From a virus: 64,000 bases of DNA. The position numbers and the translations under genes were made by a program. The notes beneath the pieces were generated by a model. That model had not been told where the DNA came from. It did no database searches and saw only the letters and a program-made list of their open reading frames with translations. Shown here piece after piece: positions 1-8,815 of this stretch; the first letter of the stretch is position 1, and each line of letters starts with the position of its first letter. The stretch is from IMG/VR virus record IMGVR_UViG_3300020215_000050, positions 21,495 to 85,494 of that record; one strand, written 5' to 3'.

Positions 1-550
1 GATGCCTCATATCGAGTATCCTCTCCTCGTAGGCGCTGTGGAAGAACTTGTTGAACGGGTTCCCTTTGTACGGCTTTGCGATCGACAGCCACGACGGGCT
101 GTGGTGCGTGACGATGACGTCGGCCCGGTGGTCGCTGTTGAAGACCCACTCGGTGTCGTACTCGTGGGCCTGCTGCATCCGGTACTCGTCGCACTGGACG
201 ATCTTCTGGTAGTCCCTCATGTGGCCCTGGAAGTGGACCCAGTCGAGGGGGCCGATGCGGGTCCACAGCGTGGCCCCGACGACCCTCACCCCCTCCTCGG
301 TCTCGGTGACGAACTGGCCGTCGCCGGGACCGGGAAAGAGCCTGCCCCAGTAGTCGTGGTTGCCGTAGACGATGGACATGTAGCCCTCGTCGTGCCGGCG
401 TGTCCACCGGACCATCTCCGCCAACCTGGAGTGGGTGTCGCCCGCGTTGACGTAGTGTACGCCCTTCTCGGGCAGGAAGTCCCATCGCTGGAACCCGTAC
501 ATGTCGTCGAACTCCAGGTGGAGGTCGGATATGATCCCGATCTTCGCCAT
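1..550 (-). CDS. Calcineurin-like metallophosphoesterase (3' end runs off the window)
   Basis: Manual translation from ATG at 550: MAKIGIISDLHLE...VNAGD...YGNHDYW...VVVTHHSP, matching the DxH, GD, GNHD and HH motifs. Not in the ORF track. Confidence 0.8.
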   Translation of the reverse strand, partial: MAKIGIISDLHLEFDDMYGFQRWDFLPEKGVHYVNAGDTHSRLAEMVRWTRRHDEGYMSIVYGNHDYWGRLFPGPGDGQFVTETEEGVRVVGATLWTRIGPLDWVHFQGHMRDYQKIVQCDEYRMQQAHEYDTEWVFNSDHRADVIVTHHSPSWLSIAKPYKGNPFNKFFHSAYEERILDMRH

Positions 551-1207
551 CTATTCCTTGACGGGGGCTGCCGCGGCGATCCAGTACGTCACGGCGGGGT
601 TGACGAACCTGACGAGACCCTCTGAGACCTGCAGGCGGTAGTCCTTTGCTAACACCAGCAGGTTGTCTTTGTCAAGGAACGTTTCAAATTCCTTGTCGGT
701 CTCGCCCACGTAGATCTTGTAGTGGTCCTTCGCCCGATTCTTGCGGTCGACGGCCCTCAGGACGACGTGTCCGCCGGCGCCGTTGATCGCGAGGTGCTGG
801 AGGCCGAGGACGTTCATCGCCTTCACGGCCTTGTCGAGGTCGGCCCACTGGAGGTCGAACTCGACGACGACGGGCGGACCCGCGGGCGGATTCTCGGGGG
901 GCACCGCGATGAGCGACTCCTCGCCGAGGGTGTACTCGATGGTCTGCCGGCCGTCCGTGATCGTCAGGTGGTTCTCGCCCACCTCGAGCTCAGGGTCGAC
1001 GCCCTTAAAGAGACTCAGCGCCCCCAGGAACTTCCCCAGCTCCGCTATCGCCGCCCTCGCCGGGAACTCCTCCGAGATCCGGGCCCACGCCGCTATGGTC
1101 TTGTTCGGCGTCATCGTGGCCAGCGTCTGCCCCGGGCGTATCAGCACCGACGGCTGGATCGAGTTGAAGTTCTTGAGTACTTCCACCGTTTCCTGACTTA
1201 TCTTCAT
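551..1207 (-). CDS. gp45: DNA polymerase sliding clamp, T4 gp45-like
   Basis: MKISQETVEVLKNFNSIQPS...FLGALSLF...DY.L.VS..LVRF...YWIA; 218 aa, typical T4-like clamp. Confidence 0.88.
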   Translation of the reverse strand: MKISQETVEVLKNFNSIQPSVLIRPGQTLATMTPNKTIAAWARISEEFPARAAIAELGKFLGALSLFKGVDPELEVGENHLTITDGRQTIEYTLGEESLIAVPPENPPAGPPVVVEFDLQWADLDKAVKAMNVLGLQHLAINGAGGHVVLRAVDRKNRAKDHYKIYVGETDKEFETFLDKDNLLVLAKDYRLQVSEGLVRFVNPAVTYWIAAAAPVKE

Positions 1208-2111
1208 CCTTCACTTCCTTCATTGTGACCTGTGGGACGACCGCCCGCACCTGCTGGGGTCGCTTGAGAACTCCGGGGTCCGCCGTCGCCGACGCCCCGA
1301 TCGAGGCGAGGGCCGCGAGGGACCCGCCGAAGATGTAGCTGCCGACGTGCTGGAGCTTCATCCAGGGGGCGAGCCACACCTTGTTCCGGGCCTTCATCTT
1401 CCGCACGTTCTGGCAGAACATGTAGTCCTCGGAGAGGTAGCGGCGGGACTTGGGCTCGATGATGCAGTCGAAGTACGCCATGATCTGGCGGGAGCCGTCG
1501 AATGCCTCGGTACGGACATGGTCGGGACGATACAGCTGCTCGGGGTAGTGGCGCTCGTACTCCTCGAACGTCGTCCGCTTGACCATCATGAAGCCCGTGC
1601 CGATCTCGAGCACCTCCGCGGGCTCCGAGATCTGGATCGTCCGGGGGGCTCCCGGCTCGACGACGGGGTTGAACACGTAGTCGCCGACGAACTCGTCGAG
1701 CCTGTTGGGGTCCTCGTCGGCCACGCCCTTGTTGACGGCGGCCCGGATCTTCTCCCAGCTGATGCACTTCTTCGGGTACGGGGCGCCGATGACGTCGTAG
1801 GGGGATTCCTCCGAGCACATGGCAAGGAGGGCGATCACGTCGTTGGCGTCGAAGCCGATGTCGGAGTCGATGAACATGAGGTGGGTGTAGCCGCTCCTGA
1901 GGAACTCGTCTGCGCAGTAGTTCCTTGCCCTTGTAATCAGGCTTTCATTAAAAAGGAAATAACTTTTGAACTCGATTCCATATTTTACGCAGAGGGCCGT
2001 CAGATCCGCTATGGACCTGGTGTACATGCCGGCGCACTGCCCCCCGTACATTGGGGTGGCCACGAAGAGCTTCCTCTTCCGCAGGTCCTCGATAGCTACC
2101 TTCAATTCCAT
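1005..2111 (-). CDS. GT-A-fold glycosyltransferase-like protein (conserved T4-like FVATPMYGG family)
   Basis: LFVATPMYGG, ESLITRARN, HLMFIDSDIGF (DxD), LSEDYMFC, HVGSY. The last ~67 codons overlap gp45. Confidence 0.65.
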   Translation of the reverse strand: MELKVAIEDLRKRKLFVATPMYGGQCAGMYTRSIADLTALCVKYGIEFKSYFLFNESLITRARNYCADEFLRSGYTHLMFIDSDIGFDANDVIALLAMCSEESPYDVIGAPYPKKCISWEKIRAAVNKGVADEDPNRLDEFVGDYVFNPVVEPGAPRTIQISEPAEVLEIGTGFMMVKRTTFEEYERHYPEQLYRPDHVRTEAFDGSRQIMAYFDCIIEPKSRRYLSEDYMFCQNVRKMKARNKVWLAPWMKLQHVGSYIFGGSLAALASIGASATADPGVLKRPQQVRAVVPQVTMKEVKDEDKSGNGGSTQELQLDPAVGADTPGADAGHDDAEQDHSGVGPDLGGVPGEGGDSGAGEVPGGAESL

Positions 2112-2117
2112 CCGGAA

Positions 2118-2474
2118 CTACTCCTTTTGTGTACTTTTCTTCTCCCGCTCCCACGCGTCCATCCGGGCTACGTAGTTGGCGAGTTTTTCTATCATCAAAA
2201 CAGCGAGCCGTGGCGTCAGGGTGAAGTGCCGCTCCGTCTTGTCCGTGTCGACGAAGCAGGCCTCCATGCCGATGGACCCGTCGTCGTTGTGCTTGTCCTT
2301 GAGGTAGAGGATGGCGGGCGTCCTCGACGCCTGCAGGGCCTGCCTGTACTTCTCGATCGCATGGTCGAGGGTCGCCATGGGCATGGTCGTACCGAAGCCG
2401 CAGGACCGGCACCAGCCGGGCGTGTCGCTCCTGTACGGGGCCTTGCAGTTGGGACAGTCGTCTCGTGGGATCAT
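2118..2474 (-). CDS. Hypothetical protein with N-terminal Zn ribbon
   Basis: CPNC...CRSC; start MIPRDD chosen at 2474 within track ORF 2118..2570. Confidence 0.5.
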   Translation of the reverse strand: MIPRDDCPNCKAPYRSDTPGWCRSCGFGTTMPMATLDHAIEKYRQALQASRTPAILYLKDKHNDDGSIGMEACFVDTDKTERHFTLTPRLAVLMIEKLANYVARMDAWEREKKSTQKE

Positions 2475-2476
2475 GC

Positions 2477-3682
2477 TCACAGGAACGCCTCCAGGGTCTG
2501 CTTGGGCTGGTAGTTCTCCACCCGGTGCTCCCGGCTGGGGTTGTACTGGTAGACCGTGCCCGACACCCACTCGAGGGAATCCGGCCTCTCGAGGGCCTGC
2601 TTGATCGCGTCCGCCATGTCCCTCGCCGTGTGGACGGGGACGTTCTGGCAGATGTGGTTGACGCTCCTCTCGGGGTTGAGCAGCTCGAAGTTGTCGGGGA
2701 GCCCCATGATCGACATGGCCTCCCGGTAGGTGATGTAGCGGTCCTCCCTGGGATGCGCCAGCATGTGGGGGTAGTGGCCGACGAAGGCGCCGATGTAGTC
2801 CTTGGCGAGGATCGTGTCCCGCTTCATGATCGAGCCGCCCGCCTTGAGCTTCTCATGGATCTCTCGGCACTTCTTGGCGACCTTGTGCTCGCCCCTCGCG
2901 TCCATCCAGTCCGCCACCCGCTCGTAGCTGTGGCCGGCCATCTCGATCAGCGACTTGGAGTCGTTCCCGCGGATGGGCATGTGCTCGAGGATGTCCGTCA
3001 TGTACTTGCGGTGGTCGACCCCCTGGTGGACCTCCTCGAGCAGGTAGCGGTAGAAGGGCTCGTCGGACGGCTTCTTCTTGTTGATCGGCTCCTGCTGGAA
3101 GTTCGACTTGACGCCGAGGATCAGCTCCTCGATGCGAGGATAGGGCTTATTGTAGTACGGGAGCACGGGGGCCATGTCGCCCTTCCACATGAAGTAGAAG
3201 GAGCGGTTCCTCACCTGAGGGAGCCCGTGGAGAAGCGTCTTCGTCTTGTAGTACGAGACGGTGTAGCCGTGCTTGGCGGCGATGGACTCGAGTCTCTCCC
3301 TCACCTTGTCCCCCATGCCGGACATCAGGTTGGGCGCGTTCTCGCCCCAGTAGACCCTCGGCTGGGCGTGCTCGAGCACCCACTCGGCCGCGGAGTACAG
3401 CCAGTCGTTGACCTTGGAGTCCCCGGAGGCCGTAAGGCTCAACATAGAAAGCCCCGCACAAGGACAAACGCTCGACACGACGTCGACCTTGGCGTCGGCC
3501 GGGAAGCCTCCCTGGTCGATGAGGTGATAGGGCACCTCGTTCTCCCAGTGGTTGAGCAGGTGGCTGTCGTTCGCGACGAACGGGGAGTACGACACGATGT
3601 ACTTGGGACGGCAGCCGAACGCCTGCTCGGAGGCGATGGCCTCGCCGCCGATGAGGGGGATGATTGTCGCGTGGTCGATCAA
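2477..3682 (-). CDS. C5-cytosine DNA methyltransferase-like protein with degenerate motif I
   Basis: Motif IV VCPCAGLS, motif VI WGENAP, motif VIII LPQVRNR, motif X CQNVP; motif I reads IPLIGG. TTG start at 3682 overlaps the upstream TGA. Confidence 0.75.
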   Translation of the reverse strand: MIDHATIIPLIGGEAIASEQAFGCRPKYIVSYSPFVANDSHLLNHWENEVPYHLIDQGGFPADAKVDVVSSVCPCAGLSMLSLTASGDSKVNDWLYSAAEWVLEHAQPRVYWGENAPNLMSGMGDKVRERLESIAAKHGYTVSYYKTKTLLHGLPQVRNRSFYFMWKGDMAPVLPYYNKPYPRIEELILGVKSNFQQEPINKKKPSDEPFYRYLLEEVHQGVDHRKYMTDILEHMPIRGNDSKSLIEMAGHSYERVADWMDARGEHKVAKKCREIHEKLKAGGSIMKRDTILAKDYIGAFVGHYPHMLAHPREDRYITYREAMSIMGLPDNFELLNPERSVNHICQNVPVHTARDMADAIKQALERPDSLEWVSGTVYQYNPSREHRVENYQPKQTLEAFL

Positions 3683-4278
3683 AGCGTGACCCTTTCGATG
3701 ACGAGGGGTTCGAGCCTGTAGCGCTCTACCGTTACGAAGTTCTTGTCCAGCAGGGCGGCGCATCGGGTCGAGAAGATGAAGCCGTCGGCCATGTGGTCGG
3801 CCGGGTTCGTCGGCAGCTTGAAGAGCGTGAACGCCTCCTCGTTGACCCTGAAGCGGACGTACCCCTTGATCCTGTCGACGGGCACGGGGCCCTTGTGGGC
3901 GAACGAGCCGACCCGGTCCGCGCTCCACGCCCAGTCCCTGCACATGCCCGCCTGGATCCGGCAGTAGCGCTGGATGACGGGGAACGGCCTGTCCTTGTAG
4001 ACGGCGGTGAACAGGATCGCGTCCTCGTCGGCGCAGAAGTTGGCCTCGTCGGGCTCCGTGTCGAACACCACGCCCTCGCAGTACGGGACCCTGCCCCAGT
4101 CGCGGTGGGCGACGACGCAGGCGAAGGCGGGGGCGTAGCAGTAGGAGAAGTAGACCCGGTCGGGCGAGGACGTCATCACGCCCTGCCAGTTGTCGAAGCC
4201 TCCGGCCATGCGGCGGGTCAGAAGACCGCGCTTGAGGATGGAATCGAGCCGTGCAGCGGATGTGCCGTGGAGGATCAT
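3679..4278 (-). CDS. ADP-ribosyltransferase/Tpt1-like fold protein
   Basis: LHGTS...ILKRGL...RVYFS...A...GPVPVDRI pattern of HGT-type NAD+-using enzymes. Confidence 0.5.
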   Translation of the reverse strand: MILHGTSAARLDSILKRGLLTRRMAGGFDNWQGVMTSSPDRVYFSYCYAPAFACVVAHRDWGRVPYCEGVVFDTEPDEANFCADEDAILFTAVYKDRPFPVIQRYCRIQAGMCRDWAWSADRVGSFAHKGPVPVDRIKGYVRFRVNEEAFTLFKLPTNPADHMADGFIFSTRCAALLDKNFVTVERYRLEPLVIERVTL

Positions 4279-4300
4279 GACGAACCAATGGTGAACTGAG

Positions 4301-5365
4301 TTATTTATTCAGGTAGCGGAGGGCCGTCTGCATGCCCATGTTGATCGCCTGGTCCATGTCGATGTAGACGAAGCTGCCGCAGCGGCCTATCGGCTCGACG
4401 TTGGGGTGCTTCTCCGCGAGCCTCTTCGCGTACCGGTCGTACAGGTCCAGGCTCCGCTCGTCCCTCACGGGGTAGTAGCGCTCGTAGTCGTTCTCCATGA
4501 AGTCGCACGGGTGCTCCTCCGTGAGCTTCGAGTAGCACGGGTGCGGGTCGTAGTTCCCGGGGAAGTGCTTCCACTCCGTCCTGCGGGTGAAGTACCGCCC
4601 GTCCGTGTAGTTGATGGTCGCCACGGGCTGGTAGGTCTCGTGGGGCTCGGTCCTCGCGATCGAGTGGAAGAACTTGAGCGAGCGGTACGGCAGCCAGCCC
4701 TCGTCGCACTCGAAGATCTCGTCCAGCGAGCCCGAGTAGAAGACCCGGTCGTAGTCGTCGAAGTAGTCGGGGTCCACCTTCACGCCGGTGCTGTACCGGA
4801 TCCTCTCGTGACAGAGGAGCTCGCGGACGAAGTCCGTGTAGCCGTCCATGGGCATCGCCTGCCACGGGTCGTTGGGGAAGTACAGGTCGTTGTCGTCCTC
4901 GCGGATGGGGACCCGATTGAGGACGCCCGGGGAGACCTCCTCGAGCGGCCTGCCCCACATGAGCTGGGTGTACGGCCGGTAGAAGACGTCGACGAGCTTC
5001 TCGCGGGGGACGGACTCGAGGGTCCGCTTGTTGGGCGGGAACGGGACGAGGGTGCCCTCCCACAGCCGGGCCTTCACCCGGTGCTGGTAGCCCATCCAGA
5101 CGACGAAGCGGGAGACGAACTCCCACACCCGCTGGTTCTTGGTGTGGAAGATGTGGGGGCCGTAGCGGTGGACCCGGATGCCGTACTCGTCGAGCTCGTC
5201 GTAGGCGTTTCCCGCCACGTGGTTCCTCTGCTCGAGGACCTGGACGTCGACCCCGCCCTCGGCCAGCAGCCGGGCGATCGTGGCCCCGCACAAGCCGGCG
5301 CCGACCACGAGCACGAGATTCCGGGATTGCCTACCCGGAATGGGCTGGATGGTGCTGCCGGTCAC
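4301..5365 (-). CDS. glf: UDP-galactopyranose mutase
   Basis: VGAGLCG FAD motif, GNAYD, HRYGPHIFHT, RYYP, GRCGSFVYIDMDQAI. GTG start at 5365 overlaps the TGA of the upstream gene. Confidence 0.92.
   Translation of the reverse strand: MTGSTIQPIPGRQSRNLVLVVGAGLCGATIARLLAEGGVDVQVLEQRNHVAGNAYDELDEYGIRVHRYGPHIFHTKNQRVWEFVSRFVVWMGYQHRVKARLWEGTLVPFPPNKRTLESVPREKLVDVFYRPYTQLMWGRPLEEVSPGVLNRVPIREDDNDLYFPNDPWQAMPMDGYTDFVRELLCHERIRYSTGVKVDPDYFDDYDRVFYSGSLDEIFECDEGWLPYRSLKFFHSIARTEPHETYQPVATINYTDGRYFTRRTEWKHFPGNYDPHPCYSKLTEEHPCDFMENDYERYYPVRDERSLDLYDRYAKRLAEKHPNVEPIGRCGSFVYIDMDQAINMGMQTALRYLNK
4302..4309 (-). promoter_or_regulatory. T4-type late promoter (AATAAATA)
   Basis: AT-rich octamer upstream of the ART-like gene, overlapping the glf stop. 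Confidence 0.5.
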
Positions 5366-6456
5366 TTGCGGGCATCCAGTATGGCCTGCAGCTCCGCCCT
5401 TTCGGTGGCCTTGTCCAGGGGGTGCTTGGAGTAGAGGCAGTCCCTCTGCTGGCGGGCGAGGGCGACCAGCCCGTCGAGGTCCTTCGACTCGACGTCCCGG
5501 GCCCTGAGCCCGACGTAGGCCTCGCCGTAGACCCTGCCCTCGTCGTCGTCGCAGACGAGGATCGAGCCGGCGTCGGCGACCTGGAGGGGCCTGGCCCGCC
5601 ACCAGCCCGAGCCCCGGTGGAAGTAGCCCGGCATCAGGCAGCCCCACTGCTGGGCGTAGATCTCGCACATCGTGTCCTCGGTCACCCTCTCGGACTGGTT
5701 CTCCCCCCGCCTGCCCCCGTAGATGTTCACGGGCCAGGTCACCCCCTGGCGGTCGAGCCACGAGCGGGTCTTGTTCTGGACGAGGGAGGAGAAGTTCCAC
5801 TCCCTCTTCTTCGCCTCGTTGGAGACGACCGACGAGCCGAACATGTCCACGACGCCCCGTCCGTAGTTGTTGTCGGGCCGGCGGTTGAGGTGGTAGGGGT
5901 TGGGGTTGTAGGTGAAGATCCTGTCCCTGGGCCAGCCCGTCCGGAGCTTGTCGATGTCCCCGCCCGCGAAGGCCGAGATGAGCAGCCGGTTCTGCTTCGA
6001 GCATATCGTGTCGATCGCGTGGACGAAGTCCATCGTGTGCTTGGCGAGGAACTCCTCGGTGTAGTGCTCCTTCTGGATGTCGAGGGTGTATGCCCTGAAC
6101 GCGTACGAGGCGTTGTTGTCCGTGAAGTACGCCCTGAACAGCTTGATGCTCGACATGATCTGGTCCGTCTGCCAGTCGTCGAAGGCGAGGATGCAATCGG
6201 GTCGGGCGTGGACGGCCCAGAAGCCGGCGAACAGGCGCTGGCAGTAGCCCTTGGGTGAGTGGAGGAACACGATGACCTCGTCCCACGCGGAGAGGTCCTC
6301 GCCCACCGTGACGTGGCGGTGCTCCACCTCGAAGCCCATGGCCTCCAGGCAGCGGATCAGCGAGTAGTGGCTGGCGACGACCTGCAGCTCCTGCCTAAGG
6401 TAGTAGTCCTTGGTCGTCTGGTTGGTGTTCATCCCGGTGATCAGGATACGCTTCAT
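5362..6456 (-). CDS. Putative GT-B glycosyltransferase, distantly like T4 beta-glucosyltransferase
   Basis: 364 aa; N-terminal KRILITG strand, LEAMGFEVE, ILAFDDW, C-terminal R.LQVADAGSILVCD; sits between gp42 and glf. Fold inferred from layout and context only. Confidence 0.5.
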   Translation of the reverse strand: MKRILITGMNTNQTTKDYYLRQELQVVASHYSLIRCLEAMGFEVEHRHVTVGEDLSAWDEVIVFLHSPKGYCQRLFAGFWAVHARPDCILAFDDWQTDQIMSSIKLFRAYFTDNNASYAFRAYTLDIQKEHYTEEFLAKHTMDFVHAIDTICSKQNRLLISAFAGGDIDKLRTGWPRDRIFTYNPNPYHLNRRPDNNYGRGVVDMFGSSVVSNEAKKREWNFSSLVQNKTRSWLDRQGVTWPVNIYGGRRGENQSERVTEDTMCEIYAQQWGCLMPGYFHRGSGWWRARPLQVADAGSILVCDDDEGRVYGEAYVGLRARDVESKDLDGLVALARQQRDCLYSKHPLDKATERAELQAILDARK

Positions 6457-6823
6457 TCTCTTCCTCTTGCCATCCGGCGAGATGCTTGCGGAGGTTCCGC
6501 ACAGACTTTTCCTCGAAGGACCGGTCGTTGAACTGCCGGTTGCGAGGGGAGGGGTGCGGCATCCTGAAGTGCTCTATCCCGAGTCGCTTCAAGATGCCGC
6601 TTACTTCTCCACCGAGCGCCACGATCGGCCCGCGATGGAAAGACAACACACCAGCGAGGAAGTCCAAGTCAACTGTCTTTTTGTCGAACTGACCGGGCTG
6701 GTGGGAAACGTTGACGAACGAGTAGTAGTCCGGGAACCAGGCGCTAAGCTTCGGAAACGTAGAGCCCCTCGCCGACGGGCGTTCGAAACCAGTCTGCCGA
6801 GCTGGGTTCATACCGATCACCAA
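6395..6823 (-). CDS. Uracil-DNA glycosylase superfamily protein
   Basis: VIGMNP, IVALG, MPHPSPRN motifs; start uncertain (TTG at 6823). Confidence 0.6.
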   Translation of the reverse strand: MVIGMNPARQTGFERPSARGSTFPKLSAWFPDYYSFVNVSHQPGQFDKKTVDLDFLAGVLSFHRGPIVALGGEVSGILKRLGIEHFRMPHPSPRNRQFNDRSFEEKSVRNLRKHLAGWQEEENEAYPDHRDEHQPDDQGLLP

Positions 6824-7385
6824 GGGTCGAGTAGCAGTCGATGGCGACCCCCGTCTTCTTGAAGATCTCGCAGGCGAGCCTGAACTCATGGACCCACTTC
6901 TCCTTGAACCTTGCCGCCGTCGGGGCCGCCATGACGACCCTCGCGATCCCCGCCTGGGCGATGCCCAGCGCGCACTGGGAGCAGACCATCATGCCCTCGA
7001 CGTATATCGTCGCCCCCTTCAAGCATATCCCCTCCCGGCAGGCGTTGTAAATGCAGTTCTTCTCGGCGTGGACGACGTAGCTGTACTTCACGTCCCTGTC
7101 GTCGTAGTGGGCCGGGTCGTCGTCGAAGCCGCGGGGGAAGCCGTTCCAGCCCTGGACGATCAGCCTGTTCTCGGCGACGCAGACCGCGCCCACTCGCGTG
7201 CTCGGGTCCTTCGACCACGTCGCGATGAGGCGGGCGACGGAGAGCCAGCGGCTGTCCCACGTCAGCTTGTCGTCGGCCTCGTCGTCCTGCTCCGCCGCGT
7301 CGCTCCAGCTGAGCAGGTCCTTGGTCACCGTCGCGCCCTTGGGCAGCTTGTACGGGTTCCTGACCGTCCAGGGGTCGTGAGACAT
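6744..7385 (-). CDS. cd: dCMP deaminase
   Basis: SKDPSTRVGA, GWNGFPRG, VHAEKNCI, VCSQCA (HAE plus CxxC); start MSHDPW at 7385. Confidence 0.9.
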   Translation of the reverse strand: MSHDPWTVRNPYKLPKGATVTKDLLSWSDAAEQDDEADDKLTWDSRWLSVARLIATWSKDPSTRVGAVCVAENRLIVQGWNGFPRGFDDDPAHYDDRDVKYSYVVHAEKNCIYNACREGICLKGATIYVEGMMVCSQCALGIAQAGIARVVMAAPTAARFKEKWVHEFRLACEIFKKTGVAIDCYSTLGDRYEPSSADWFRTPVGEGLYVSEA

Positions 7386-7639
7386 CAGAACGTGCCCAGG
7401 TAGTATGGACCGAGGGTGCCGTCTTCCTTCCGCTCCTCGCAGTAGACCTGGAACACCCGGTACTCCTTCGGCGACTTCTCTCCGATCGCGAGGTCGAGGA
7501 GCTTCTTCGCCCCGTCGGCCGCGGCCCTCATGTCCTTCTTGCAGGACTCGAGGTCGGAATAGACGACGGTCTCGAAGTCGGACTCGACCTCCCACGCGCC
7601 GTTGATCGTCAGTATCGCGATGATGATAAGCTTAACCAT
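7385..7639 (-). CDS. Small protein with signal-peptide-like N-terminus
   Basis: MVKLIIIAILTINGAW; coupled to both flanking genes. Confidence 0.5.
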   Translation of the reverse strand: MVKLIIIAILTINGAWEVESDFETVVYSDLESCKKDMRAAADGAKKLLDLAIGEKSPKEYRVFQVYCEERKEDGTLGPYYLGTF

Positions 7640-8381
7640 CCTTCTTCCTCCACCAGGCCCACGGGCTGTCGGACCTGAGCTCGTCGTATTGGTCTCTCGT
7701 GCAGCTGAACTTGCCCGTCTCGACGAAGTAGTCCAGCAGGTAGAACTGACGCTCGTAGAAGTGGAGCGAGCCCACCGTCCACCACAGCTCGCCGGGCTCT
7801 ATGCCCAGGTCCATCGCGAGCCTCTGGTGGATGTGGTGCTGCCAGTGGTAGTCGTTCCTGTAGCCGGCCCAGGCGTCGTTGGACCTCATGCACACGTGGG
7901 CCATCAGCTGGCCGTCCCTTATGAAGTACTGGACGGTGTTCGTGCAGACGAAGTCCTGCATCCCGCCCCGCCTCTGGTCGACGTGCATGGTCGGCCGGGT
8001 GTAGATCATGACCGCCCGCCGGGACGTCGGGTCCCTCACGAGCTCCTTGAGCACGTTGTGGTACTGGTTGCCGTTGCCCGGGCTGAAGACGAGATAGCCG
8101 TAGTTCGAGTTGATGAAGCCCTCGGGCGTGGCCACGCGCTTCCAGATCTCGGGGGGATCGGGCATGTCGTTGACGTTGAGCGACTCCGAGTAGTACCAGT
8201 CCTGCTCCTTCTTCAGGTAGGCCTGGTTGGGCTCGCCCAGGATGTAGGGGAAGTCCGCCTCGAAGCTCGCGGCGATGATCTCGCAGGTCCTGTTCGGCGC
8301 CTTCCCCAGGAATTTTCCCGATGAAAAAAGGTTGCCGAACCGCTTCCGGACCTGGTAGACGTTTGGGTGTCCCGGGTTCAT
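7632..8381 (-). CDS. gp42: dCMP hydroxymethylase, T4 gp42 orthologue
   Basis: Colinear with T4 gp42 motifs: EIIAASFEAD, INSNYG, SRRAVMIYTRP, DFVCTNTVQY, MRSND, YRNDY (Asp gives dCMP specificity), VGSLHFY. ATG at 8381. Confidence 0.93.
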   Translation of the reverse strand: MNPGHPNVYQVRKRFGNLFSSGKFLGKAPNRTCEIIAASFEADFPYILGEPNQAYLKKEQDWYYSESLNVNDMPDPPEIWKRVATPEGFINSNYGYLVFSPGNGNQYHNVLKELVRDPTSRRAVMIYTRPTMHVDQRRGGMQDFVCTNTVQYFIRDGQLMAHVCMRSNDAWAGYRNDYHWQHHIHQRLAMDLGIEPGELWWTVGSLHFYERQFYLLDYFVETGKFSCTRDQYDELRSDSPWAWWRKKDG

Positions 8382-8815
8382 TGGTCGCCCGCCACGCCCG
8401 GATCGATGTTCTGGATGCCGACGCCGATGACGTATGAGCCCATCCCGTTGTCGATGGTGTTCAGCATCGGCGTCGGGCGGTTGAACATGTCGCGGGCCGG
8501 CAGCTGGCCGTCCATCTGCTTCCTGAGGTACGAGACGGCGAACGAGGCGTAGTTGATGATGTCCTTGAACGTGTCCTCGAGCGGCTCGTGGTTCGGCCCT
8601 ACTCCCGGGGCGACCCTCGCCGTCTCGATGAGGGACCGGGCCCTCAGCATCTTCTGGTGGAGCATGTCGTAGATCGTGTCGATGCCGCGGAGGTAGTGGT
8701 CCGCCTGCTTGACCGTGCTCGCCGGGTTCTGGTAGTCCCTGCTCTTGGAGTTCTGGAGCTCGATGCACTCCTCGAGCACCTTTACAGACGCCCGCTTGTT
8801 CTCAATCGTCATCAT
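8378..8815 (-). CDS. Nucleotide-modification-associated domain 1 (DUF1599/Nmad1-like)
   Basis: K..DY, K..R and DTFKDIINYASF pattern; coupled (ATGA) to gp42. Confidence 0.6.
   Translation of the reverse strand: MMTIENKRASVKVLEECIELQNSKSRDYQNPASTVKQADHYLRGIDTIYDMLHQKMLRARSLIETARVAPGVGPNHEPLEDTFKDIINYASFAVSYLRKQMDGQLPARDMFNRPTPMLNTIDNGMGSYVIGVGIQNIDPGVAGDQ

Noticed and set aside
2477-6286. Fusion proteins suggested by track ORFs 2477..4288, 4301..6286 and 7632..8768
   Set aside because: The N-terminal parts are off-frame read-through of neighbouring genes. Coupled internal starts (3682, 5365, 8381) explain the real products.
7632-8381. Thymidylate synthase or dUMP hydroxymethylase call
   Set aside because: The RNDY Asp and overall colinearity match T4 gp42; dUMP-specific enzymes have Asn at this position.
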